Source: a bacterium (lineage in GTDB: Bacteria; Patescibacteriota; Minisyncoccia; Phycocordibacterales; UBA2100). From it: a stretch of DNA of 62,484 bases. The number at the start of each line of letters is the position of its first letter. Positions within the stretch are counted from its first letter, which is position 1. The position numbers and the translations under genes were made by a program. The stretch covers positions 1 through 62,484 of the forward strand of contig JAUSJH010000018.1 in the NCBI GenBank assembly GCA_030647655.1, read 5' to 3'. The notes under the pieces were generated by a model. It was not told the DNA's origin, searched no databases, and was given only the letters and a program-made list of their open reading frames with translations. This document shows, one piece after another, positions 18,383-26,384 of this stretch.

Positions 18383-19627
18383 ATGAACGAACCGGCCAAG
18401 GATGCGGAAAACAGAGACCACAAAAAGCTGGGGAAGGAGCTCGATCTTTTCACCTTCTCCGACGCCGTCGGCAAAGGCCTTCCGCTCTGGACACCAAAAG
18501 GTTCAGTCATCCGTCGCGAGCTCGAGCGATTTATCGTAGACGAGGAGATCCGCCGCGGCTACCTGCATGTCTATACGCCCGATATTGCCAAGCTCGACCT
18601 CTACAAGAAATCCGGCCACTACCCGCACTACAAGGATTCGATGTATGCGCCGATAGTTATTGACGACGAGGAATACATGCTGCGGCCGATGACGTGCCCG
18701 CATCATTTCGAACTCTATCTCGACAAGCCGCACAGCTATCGAGAGCTCCCCATGCGCATCGCCGAACTCGCCAAGCTCTATCGCTATGAGCAATCGGGCG
18801 AGCTGATGGGCCTCCAGCGTGTACGCACATTCTGCCTCGCTGATGCGCACATCATCTGTGCCACCGAAGAGCAGGCGGCTGATGAAATCTCGAAATCTCT
18901 CGATCTTATCGAATACGTCGCGGGAGTCTTTGGTCTTAAACAGGAAACGGATTATCATTTCCGTCTCTCGCTCGGCGACAGGAATAATACGGGAAAATAC
19001 TACAAGAACGACGCCGCGTGGGAAAAGAGTGAAGCCCTTTTGCGCGACCTGCTCAAAAAACGCGGCGAGAAATTCGAGGAGGCAAAAGACGATGCCGCGT
19101 TTTACGGCCCAAAGATAGACGTCCAAATGAAGAACGCGAATGGCAAAGAAGACACTGCTTTCACCGTGCAATACGACTTTTGTATGCCCGACAGATTCGA
19201 CCTCACGTACGTCGCGACTGATGGCTCCAAGAAGCGCGCGTTCGTCGTACACCGCTCATCCATAGGCGCTATAGAGCGTATTGTGGCCTTCCTCATCGAA
19301 CATTACGCCGGTGCCTTCCCCCTCTGGCTCTCGCCGGTACAGGTGAAGCTCCTACCGATTTCCGAAAAGCACGCGGGGTATGCGAAAGAAATCCTCGAAC
19401 AACTCCGCGCCGAAAACATCCGCGTCGAGCTTGCCGAAGGAGATAGTTTGGGCAAGCGCATACGCGACGCCAAAATGGAGAAAGTTCCTTATGTACTTGT
19501 GGTCGGTGATGCGGAGGTTGAGGCAAAAACGGCCACACTCGAGGGCCGCGCGGGAAAAGTGGGCGCGCTACCAATCGCCGATATCATTGTGAAATTGAAA
19601 GAGGAAATACGAACGCGCGCCGCTTAG
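18383..19627 (+). CDS. thrS: threonine--tRNA ligase, short form (no N-terminal TGS/editing domains)
   Basis: Starts at RDHKKLGKELDLF; LRPMTCPHH, YRYEQSGEL.GLQRVR, AFYGPKID, HRSSIGAIER, anticodon domain. Confidence 0.96.
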   Translation: MNEPAKDAENRDHKKLGKELDLFTFSDAVGKGLPLWTPKGSVIRRELERFIVDEEIRRGYLHVYTPDIAKLDLYKKSGHYPHYKDSMYAPIVIDDEEYMLRPMTCPHHFELYLDKPHSYRELPMRIAELAKLYRYEQSGELMGLQRVRTFCLADAHIICATEEQAADEISKSLDLIEYVAGVFGLKQETDYHFRLSLGDRNNTGKYYKNDAAWEKSEALLRDLLKKRGEKFEEAKDDAAFYGPKIDVQMKNANGKEDTAFTVQYDFCMPDRFDLTYVATDGSKKRAFVVHRSSIGAIERIVAFLIEHYAGAFPLWLSPVQVKLLPISEKHAGYAKEILEQLRAENIRVELAEGDSLGKRIRDAKMEKVPYVLVVGDAEVEAKTATLEGRAGKVGALPIADIIVKLKEEIRTRAA

Positions 19628-19640
19628 ACGGCGCGCGCTC

Positions 19641-19675
19641 AACAAAAACTCCCCCGTTGGGGGAGTTTTTGTTTT
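19641..19675. terminator. bidirectional terminator between convergent genes
   Basis: aacaaaaactccccc-gtt-gggggagtttttgtt 15-bp stem. Confidence 0.85.
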
Positions 19676-19704
19676 CACCTTAGAGCTCTTGGGCGGCGGC
19701 GAAA

Positions 19705-21111
19705 TTAGTTGCGCGTAATTACGATGCGCGGAGCACTGCCATCCTTAGCGCGTGTGAGCACCATCGAATCAGTTGTCCCGATGCGAGTTGTCTCTACAGG
19801 CTGTGCCTCAAAGACCCTAAGCGCATCCACAAGATGCGCCGGGCGATCGCTTAGCGATATAGCTGGGAGATTCTGGAGGGGCGAGAGTGTCGGTTCGACA
19901 GGAGCTACGGCAACTACCGGAGTTTCCATTCTTACAACTTCCCTCTTTGAGCTTCCGAGCATCGCTCCGGCGAGCGCGAATGCGCCACCTTTGTAGTAGA
20001 CCAAGAGGTAGGCGCCGGCGGCTGCGAAGGAGAGCATCGAGAGCCAGTACATCGCGTTCCCTACCGGACCGAAATCGAAGCCGGTGTACGGGATCTGTGA
20101 GAGCGAGACGTACGAAGAGGTCGGAGTGTAGCGGAAGCTAGTCTGGCACGTGTTCGTACCACCTGGGCCCGTTACCGTCATCGTATAGATGGTGTTGCCA
20201 GTCGGGTACACCGCCCTCGTTCCGTAGGTCGAAACAGAACCAACGTTCGGGCTGATGTAGGCCGACGTCGCGTTCCCCGATGTCCAACTCAAGGTCGCCA
20301 ATTGGTTACTGTAGGAACCGTAATTGCCACTGGCGTTGTTTGAGATGGTGATTGTGCAGTACGGCTGGGGTTGCGTGTACGTCGGGGGGGTCGGGTACGT
20401 GGGATAGGTTGGGTAGACGTACTGGATCGGGTACGTGGTCTGGGTCTGCGAGACCGGCGTGACCACTGATACCGTGTTCGTGTTGACGTTGTTGTTATTG
20501 TTCGTGTTGGTGTTCACGATGTTAATCGGCTGCGCTGGATGCTGTTGCTGTTGCTGTTGCTGTTGTTGCTGCTGTTGCTGTTGCTGCGGCTGTTGCTGTT
20601 GCGGCCGTGGGTACGAAGGAGCGTAGTAGTTAGACGGCGCGCTGAAGGAGAACGGTCGCGAGGGAGAGTAACTTGAGCCGCCGCAACTTCCACATCCGCC
20701 GCCGCTGTAACCACAGTTCGAACCACAACCATAGTCGCGCTCCGAGTAACCTACTCCGTCTTGGACCGTGTACGTCTGATATGTGTCATACGTGTCATAA
20801 ACGTCGTACGCGTCCCATGCGTCATAGGTGTAATCGATGGAATCCGTATAACTCGGGTAGTAAGCATCGTACGTGTAGTCGATGGAGTCGGTGTAGCTTG
20901 GGTAGTAAGCATCGTACGTGTAGTCGATGGAGTCGGTGTAGCTTGGGTAATACGAACCGTATGTGTAGTCGATTGATTCGACATAACTTCCCGAGCAGTA
21001 ATCACACCCATAGCCTTCTTGTGCGAAGACTTGCGGTGCCGCTACCACAAAAAGACACATTATCATTACGGCAAGAATCCCGACACGCACACTATTTTGT
21101 AATGTATACAT
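19705..21111 (-). CDS. secreted low-complexity surface protein with IPYTG motif + transmembrane helix (candidate sortase substrate)
   Basis: Signal peptide, YDAYYPSYTDSIDYT repeats, Gly/Cys stretch, poly-Gln, Asn-rich tract, small Ig-like domain, LSQIPYTG then hydrophobic helix ending in YYK. Confidence 0.8.
   Translation of the reverse strand: MYTLQNSVRVGILAVMIMCLFVVAAPQVFAQEGYGCDYCSGSYVESIDYTYGSYYPSYTDSIDYTYDAYYPSYTDSIDYTYDAYYPSYTDSIDYTYDAWDAYDVYDTYDTYQTYTVQDGVGYSERDYGCGSNCGYSGGGCGSCGGSSYSPSRPFSFSAPSNYYAPSYPRPQQQQPQQQQQQQQQQQQQQQHPAQPINIVNTNTNNNNNVNTNTVSVVTPVSQTQTTYPIQYVYPTYPTYPTPPTYTQPQPYCTITISNNASGNYGSYSNQLATLSWTSGNATSAYISPNVGSVSTYGTRAVYPTGNTIYTMTVTGPGGTNTCQTSFRYTPTSSYVSLSQIPYTGFDFGPVGNAMYWLSMLSFAAAGAYLLVYYKGGAFALAGAMLGSSKREVVRMETPVVAVAPVEPTLSPLQNLPAISLSDRPAHLVDALRVFEAQPVETTRIGTTDSMVLTRAKDGSAPRIVITRN
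20855..20944. repeat. intragenic 45-bp tandem repeat (2 exact copies, degenerate flanking copies)
   Basis: gggtagtaagcatcgtacgtgtagtcgatggagtcggtgtagctt x2. Confidence 0.9.
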
Positions 21112-21151
21112 ACGACTCGTTAATTACTCGTTATTTTGGCTAATTACGTGC

Positions 21152-21179
21152 ATTATACTCATAAATCTCGACGTGTCAA
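21152..21179 (-). promoter_or_regulatory. consensus sigma70 promoter
   Basis: TTGACA-16nt-TATAAT on minus strand upstream of 21111. Confidence 0.8.
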
Positions 21180-21257
21180 GCCCCCGTTATAGGTAGTTTT
21201 GGGTCGCGGAATAGGAACATCCGCGACCCATTGCTCTTACTCATGTGCTTTCTCCGC

Positions 21258-21713
21258 TTAGGGCGAGACATAACCGGGGCAAGCTGGCCCCAAAAGGCAC
21301 ATCTCGAGCCGCCGAGTCTTCAGCACATCGGCTAGTTCCCCCGCGGCTCGGGTGCGTCGCGAATAGTACTGCACCACTCCGCCGGGTCCATAGACGCACA
21401 TGTAGACCTCTTCGGTTGCTTCACCGAACCAGCCGCAACCAACGCGATGGGTCACCCAGCCTGCCTTCACGTTCTTGTTGCGAGGAGCACGCCAGCGCGA
21501 TTTACCGGTCTCATCTCGAACGACAAGACCAGTTGTGCCCGCGATGGAGGGCGCGACGACCTCGACGAAGCAGCTCGTGCGGCCATGACCTCTGGAGCCC
21601 TCGCCCCAGCATGGGACGCCCGAACAAAGTTTCTTGGCCGCCTGAGCCGAAACTGGTGCCAAAGCGAGAAGAACCGTGGATAGAACAACAAAGATCACTT
21701 GAATCACTTTCAT
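21258..21713 (-). CDS. secreted Cys-containing hypothetical protein
   Basis: Signal peptide ending AQA-A, several Cys, GGAGG SD. Confidence 0.75.
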   Translation of the reverse strand: MKVIQVIFVVLSTVLLALAPVSAQAAKKLCSGVPCWGEGSRGHGRTSCFVEVVAPSIAGTTGLVVRDETGKSRWRAPRNKNVKAGWVTHRVGCGWFGEATEEVYMCVYGPGGVVQYYSRRTRAAGELADVLKTRRLEMCLLGPACPGYVSP

Positions 21714-21829
21714 GGCATCCTCCAGCCATTAGCTCCCGTACAACGCCCGAGTGCAGAAGGCTCTGTCCTTTATACGATGGACGTCATTAGGTAGTATCAC
21801 GGAGCACACATGAACGCAACATTAATATC

Positions 21830-21864
21830 AAAAAAGAAGAAGACGAGCTGGGTTGCAGCTCGCC
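21830..21864 (-). terminator. intrinsic terminator
   Basis: ggcgagctg-caacc-cagctcgtc + TTCTTCTTTTTT on minus strand. Confidence 0.7.
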
Positions 21865-21899
21865 TTCGCCGATGCGGAATAATCCGCAACGGAAGCCTT

Positions 21900-22394
21900 T
21901 CAAGTCTTCGGGCGCGTCCCGCACACCACGTGCGCGATGCCTTTGGCGCCGTCCGGACCAATCACCGCCTTGTCGTACCGATGACCGGGCGGCTTGCCCT
22001 TGCAGTTCGGGTCGTTGTTCAGGTCGGGCGAGACCTTCTGGAGCTCTGCCACGTTCGTCTCGCGACGAACGCAGGCGTCAATCTGGTCTACGTAGACCGA
22101 ATCTAGGACCAGGCAAGTTCCCTTCGCCGCAACTGGCGGAGCCGTCACGACCGGAGCCGCAGGAGGAGCCTTGGCCTCCTTTACGAGCTTGTTCAGCTGC
22201 TCGATTTGGGCCGTAGCAATCGGACCGCGGACGAAGTAGTCGTAGGCTGCGAGCCCGCCGAGGACGAGGACGAGCGCCACGGCACAACAGGCCGCGAAGC
22301 GACCGAGCCCACGATACCAAGGCGTCGATTTTTGATTGAGATTCCGTTTTCTCGCCGCACGGCGACGAGCAGCAAGCTGTTGTTTGGTCGGCAT
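21900..22394 (-). CDS. membrane-anchored hypothetical protein with Cys-containing outer domain
   Basis: Basic N-terminus, single TM, Pro/Ala linker, Cys pairs; GAGGAGG SD. Confidence 0.75.
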   Translation of the reverse strand: MPTKQQLAARRRAARKRNLNQKSTPWYRGLGRFAACCAVALVLVLGGLAAYDYFVRGPIATAQIEQLNKLVKEAKAPPAAPVVTAPPVAAKGTCLVLDSVYVDQIDACVRRETNVAELQKVSPDLNNDPNCKGKPPGHRYDKAVIGPDGAKGIAHVVCGTRPKT

Positions 22395-22477
22395 GGCTAT
22401 TTCCCTCCTCGGGTTAAGCCGGTTGAATCAAAGAGCGCGTCCCACCACGGGACGCACCCGTAGTTGACTCACGGAGG

Positions 22478-22505
22478 ATTATAGCACCCCAATCGGGATT
22501 GTCAA
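22478..22505 (-). promoter_or_regulatory. sigma70 promoter with extended -10
   Basis: TTGACA-16nt-TATAAT with TGn before the -10. Confidence 0.8.
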
Positions 22506-22532
22506 GGCTATTATATGGCTTAAACCGTGCAT

Positions 22533-22574
22533 AAAAAAGAAGCAGCGCCCCCTCCGTCGTAGAAGGAAGCGCTG
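22533..22574 (-). terminator. intrinsic terminator
   Basis: cagcgc...gcgctg stem followed by CTTCTTTTTT on minus strand. Confidence 0.65.
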
Positions 22575-22593
22575 TGTTCGGCATCGAGCCGAT

Positions 22594-23076
22594 TCAATAC
22601 CGCGGCAGAGACGTGCGCACTTCGCCGGTCCGCCGGTTGACATACACGGTCCGCTCGGATCCCGGAACGATGTGCGTCCGGAGGGATCCCGGAACAATGT
22701 GCGTCCGGAGGGATCCCGGAACAATGTGCGTCGCGGTGGTCTTGCGGGGCTGTTGGCGAGTCTGCCTACCATGGGCGTCTTGCCTCTGCCCATGACCACG
22801 CATGTCGTGACGGGCGTGACCACGATTTGCGCGATGCGCTGGCGCCGCGTGACGATACGGGCGATGCGATTTCGCGTGACTGCGCTTTGCGCGATGCGCT
22901 GGCGCTACGTGACCGCGGTAGACGTTGCGGTCCTCGTAGGTGTTGATGGGGCTGCCATAACGCGGTTCGCCCTTGCGGAACACTTTGTCCTCGTAGGTGC
23001 CTGAGAAGGCGGTGGCCGGAGCGAGCGAAAGTGTGGCGCCGATCAAGGCGAGTGATAGAACGACTCTTTTCAACAT
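22594..23076 (-). CDS. secreted His/Arg-rich hypothetical protein with THIVPGS(L/E)R tandem repeats
   Basis: Signal peptide; AGGAGG SD; 27-bp repeat x~3 at 22657-22732. Confidence 0.75.
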   Translation of the reverse strand: MLKRVVLSLALIGATLSLAPATAFSGTYEDKVFRKGEPRYGSPINTYEDRNVYRGHVAPAHRAKRSHAKSHRPYRHAAPAHRANRGHARHDMRGHGQRQDAHGRQTRQQPRKTTATHIVPGSLRTHIVPGSLRTHIVPGSERTVYVNRRTGEVRTSLPRY

Positions 23077-23139
23077 GCTGTCCTCCTGACAGTTGATGTT
23101 GCCCGCAAACTCCTACGGAGTCTGTACGGACTAGTTGGG

Positions 23140-23168
23140 ATAATACATTAGAACTGCCCAGAAGTCAA
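23140..23168 (-). promoter_or_regulatory. sigma70-type promoter
   Basis: TTGACT-17nt-TATTAT. Confidence 0.6.
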
Positions 23169-23205
23169 TAGTGTGAAAAACCCAGAAAATAAGCCCCAAA
23201 TGAGA

Positions 23206-23292
23206 CTACCGAGCGAATGTGACCGCGCGCCCTATCTCGACAGCGTAGCCGATTTCTACGGGACGCGCGACCTCGACTGCATGAGCGATGGT
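23206..23292 (-). pseudogene. 3' remnant of a paralogue of the His-hexapeptide repeat gene
   Basis: Translates TIAHAVEVARPVEIGYAVEIGRAVTFAR*, 22/28 identical to the C-terminus of 23900-24505. Confidence 0.8.
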
Positions 23293-23305
23293 GAAGGGAA
23301 TGAAA

Positions 23306-23587
23306 TCATCGATCTTGCGCGCCATGAAAAATACCCAGAATGACAACCTCTCTGCCCTTTCGGCTCAATTCATACACAATCACGTAAGGCAATCCTTTTA
23401 CCAAAAGTTCATGGGTATTTCTTGCAGCGCCAATCCGGCCCATTCGGGGAAAGAGGCCGATTGAACGAACGGTGAGATGGATACGGACAACGATTCCGAC
23501 TGCCGCGGACGGATTGCGCCCTTTGACATATGTGTATATTTCGGCAACATGCCGACGAGCTTCAAGTGTGTACTGCGGACCCTTCAT
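23306..23587 (-). CDS. RelE/ParE-family toxin
   Basis: YTLEARRHVAEIYTY...FPRMGRIG...HELLVKGLPYVIVY...VVILGIFHGAQDR; ATGA overlap with upstream small gene. Confidence 0.85.
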   Translation of the reverse strand: MKGPQYTLEARRHVAEIYTYVKGRNPSAAVGIVVRIHLTVRSIGLFPRMGRIGAARNTHELLVKGLPYVIVYELSRKGREVVILGIFHGAQDR

Positions 23588-23817
23588 AGACCGCAGCTCT
23601 TCCAGAGCGCGGTCATTTCTCGCTTTGTCGCAAGACGTGTTTTGCCGGTGTGCAGATTGCGTTGAATTCGTTTTACTTCCCTGACCTGTTCGTCCGTAAG
23701 ATGATAACCCCCGTTACCGCTCGTCATATGGACGAACAACGCCTCCGCAGCCGCATCCTGATTTTCGGCGGGAAGTTCCCGGAGCTGTTCGATCGCCTGT
23801 TCAAGCAACTTGGTCAT
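23584..23817 (-). CDS. putative antitoxin (addiction-module type)
   Basis: 77 aa, MTKLLEQAIEQLRELP...LTDEQ, translationally coupled upstream of the toxin. Confidence 0.75.
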   Translation of the reverse strand: MTKLLEQAIEQLRELPAENQDAAAEALFVHMTSGNGGYHLTDEQVREVKRIQRNLHTGKTRLATKREMTALWKSCGL

Positions 23818-23899
23818 ACCCTAAAGTGTACCACAACCCCAAATATCAAGGCAACGAAAACCCCAGCGAACCTTCGGTACACAAGTCAGACTTGTGTAT

Positions 23900-24505
23900 T
23901 TAGCGGGCGAATGTGACCGCGCGACCTACTTCAACGGCGTGGGCGATTTCGACAGGACGCGCGACTGAAACTGGGTGAGCGATAGAGACCGAGTGGGCGA
24001 TGCTGACAGGATGCGCGATGTTGACCGCGTGAGCGATCTCCACCGGATGAGCTATATCGATAGGGCGACCGATAGCGTCAGCTTTGATGGAGGCAATGTC
24101 TACGGCGTGAGCGATGTCTACGATGTGGCCAATATCGACGGGACGCGCGACATCGACGATGTGCCCTACTTCAACCGGATGAGCGATGTTGACGGGATGT
24201 GCGATGAACACAGGGTGCGCTACAGAAACAGGATGAGCGATGTTGACGGGATGTCCGACGTTCACGACGTGGCCCACGCTCACGGGATGGCCCACGCCAA
24301 CGGAGTGCCCGACCGATGCCGGGTGTCCGACAGAGGCGGGATATCCTGCCGAAAATGGATGTCCGATGCTAACGGGCTCCGCGATGGAGACCGGATAGGC
24401 AATCACGCATCCACACGTTGCCGCAGAGACGATTTGTGCAGGGTCTATAAGAGACCCACCTAGGACAGCTACGCCAAGCGCGAGGAGAAGCGTCCTTTTT
24501 TGCAT
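23900..24505 (-). CDS. secreted His-rich hexapeptide-repeat protein (predicted beta-solenoid)
   Basis: Signal peptide, CGC, ~26 repeats of [IV][AG]H[PA]V[SNED]; alternative start at 24526. Confidence 0.8.
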   Translation of the reverse strand: MQKRTLLLALGVAVLGGSLIDPAQIVSAATCGCVIAYPVSIAEPVSIGHPFSAGYPASVGHPASVGHSVGVGHPVSVGHVVNVGHPVNIAHPVSVAHPVFIAHPVNIAHPVEVGHIVDVARPVDIGHIVDIAHAVDIASIKADAIGRPIDIAHPVEIAHAVNIAHPVSIAHSVSIAHPVSVARPVEIAHAVEVGRAVTFAR

Positions 24506-24533
24506 TGTACGGATTGTCTGAAACATACGTATG

Positions 24534-25253
24534 TTAGAGCGAGCCAATGAAATCCGCCTCGACGATGAAGCGTGCGCTCTTACCGGTCAGTGTGTCGCAC
24601 GTGACGAGCGTGAGCTTCGTCCCCTGTGTGGGCGAAAGGTCTATCGTCGTATCGCCCACATCAACGCTGCGTACGGAGGTTACGCTGTAGAGATAGTTTT
24701 TGCCTTTACCCTCGAGCGTAATCGTATCGCCCACGGAAAGTTCCGGCGCTCGATTGAAAGCCTTATACATTTGGTTTTTCACGACCGGCAAGTGCGACGA
24801 GTGGCCGAAGATGAGAACGTTCCCTTCCTCGCCGAGACGCGCGGAATCGACGTAGCGAATGGGCCCTTTCTTTAGATATTCATCCAGTACGGAAAGGTCG
24901 CGACTTTCGATATTTTGCACCGGCAAATCGAGGTCGATGGCCGAGATTTTGATGCGCTCGGGCAACGTCGTCTCTACAGGTGTCGCGGTTTTGGATGTGA
25001 CAATTTCTTCACCAAGTTCCGGCAGATCTGAGAGCGCAAGTGTCTCTGTTCTCACTCCGCCGTAAGCGGAGACCGGCTCGGTTCCACTTGTGGTGAGCGA
25101 TCCGCCAGCTGGCGGAGAACCATCTATGTAGTACGGTACGAAACCGATAGAATCCGCGACGGAGACCGCGCAGAAAAATACCATTACGACGGCGGCAAAA
25201 AACACCCGCTTCGGCGGTCTTTCGTGAACTTGATATTGAGGACGTGTACTCAT
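24534..25253 (-). CDS. sortase
   Basis: N-terminal TM, RIKISAIDLDLPV, GNVLIFGHSS (His), TLVTC (Cys), ARFIV (Arg) catalytic triad. Confidence 0.9.
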   Translation of the reverse strand: MSTRPQYQVHERPPKRVFFAAVVMVFFCAVSVADSIGFVPYYIDGSPPAGGSLTTSGTEPVSAYGGVRTETLALSDLPELGEEIVTSKTATPVETTLPERIKISAIDLDLPVQNIESRDLSVLDEYLKKGPIRYVDSARLGEEGNVLIFGHSSHLPVVKNQMYKAFNRAPELSVGDTITLEGKGKNYLYSVTSVRSVDVGDTTIDLSPTQGTKLTLVTCDTLTGKSARFIVEADFIGSL

Positions 25254-25363
25254 AGAGAGCCGCGATAGTACACTATAAATATACCTTTGTCAATCCCACT
25301 CTTTCGGAATAAATAATGGGCGGGATTGACAAAGAGCAAGATATATGTAAGTATACCGATAAT

Positions 25364-26320
25364 ATGGCAGAACAGGTGCACACAGAGACCCGCACAACCA
25401 CACACACGCAAGTAGAGCAGAGGCAGAGCATGCTTTCCAACGTCCTCGCGATTATCGGCTTCATCATTCTCATTGTCATCGTGCTCTGGGGTCTTTTCCA
25501 CATCGCCTCTCTTAGTCAGCCGTGGCTCTCTTCCCTCTTCAAGAAGGCAGCTCCTGCACTCACGGTTACCATTCCCTCAAACGCGATTTCTGGAGATTCC
25601 ATCACCGTAAGCTGGAAATATTCGACACCCGAGAAGGGTATGTACGCGTTTTTGTACCAGTGCAAAAATAATTTTCGTTTTGAAACAACGGGTAACGCCT
25701 CTGCGATTCCCTGCGGTGCGGCATATGCCATTCAAACGACAAGCAACACGGTGGGCGTTACGCCAACCCTCTCCGGCACGGCCTCTACGAGCGTCCCCGT
25801 TTCTGTCATCTTCATACCAAGCGCGACAAGCTCGAAGCAGGCACAGGGAACTGCAACAGTCGTCGTGCATCCGAAAGTTGTGACGATGACTCCGGTGGAG
25901 CCAGCACCCGTAACTCCTGCAAAACCGGTAACCCCGACGCCGGTCAACCGCGGCCCTGCCGATCTCTCCGTCAGCATTATCTCCGTCACGTCGGACGGTT
26001 CGGGCAACGCGGTCGCGACCTTTGATATCGGCAACGTCGGCGGGAACGCTTCGGGCTCGTACTACTTCACCGCACAGCTTCCGATGAACGGCGGCTACAC
26101 ATACACTTCTCCCGTCCAATACTCGCTTGCGCCCGGTGACCACATCGTAAACACCCTGCGCTTCGCGCAAGCAGTATCCGGAAACGTCTCCGTCGTTGTC
26201 GACCCGCAGAATATGGTGAGCGAGTCGAGCGAGAGCAACAATTACACCTCGCAATTTCTCAACACGCCCTACAACTACAACCAGCCGTACTATCCAAACC
26301 AGTACCCGTACGTGTACTAA
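25364..26320 (+). CDS. membrane-anchored CARDB-domain protein
   Basis: N-terminal TM; Pro/Thr linker; ADLSV...IGNVG...LAPG...VVVDPQNMVSESSESNN CARDB pattern; Tyr/Pro-rich tail. Confidence 0.8.
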   Translation: MAEQVHTETRTTTHTQVEQRQSMLSNVLAIIGFIILIVIVLWGLFHIASLSQPWLSSLFKKAAPALTVTIPSNAISGDSITVSWKYSTPEKGMYAFLYQCKNNFRFETTGNASAIPCGAAYAIQTTSNTVGVTPTLSGTASTSVPVSVIFIPSATSSKQAQGTATVVVHPKVVTMTPVEPAPVTPAKPVTPTPVNRGPADLSVSIISVTSDGSGNAVATFDIGNVGGNASGSYYFTAQLPMNGGYTYTSPVQYSLAPGDHIVNTLRFAQAVSGNVSVVVDPQNMVSESSESNNYTSQFLNTPYNYNQPYYPNQYPYVY

Positions 26321-26340
26321 ACTTAGTTAGATTGAGATAA

Positions 26341-26384
26341 CAAAAAGGCGCCCCACGTTTTGTCGAGGGGCGGCCTTTTGTTTT
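26341..26384. terminator. probable bidirectional terminator
   Basis: aaaaggcgcccc...ggggcggcctttt between convergent genes. Confidence 0.6.

Noticed and set aside
20810-20990. 45-bp direct repeats as a CRISPR array
   Set aside because: Head-to-tail with no spacers, length a multiple of 3, inside a CDS; no cas genes
21200-21230. 11-bp hairpin as terminator
   Set aside because: Stem is real but there is no U-tract on the transcribed (minus) strand; not called
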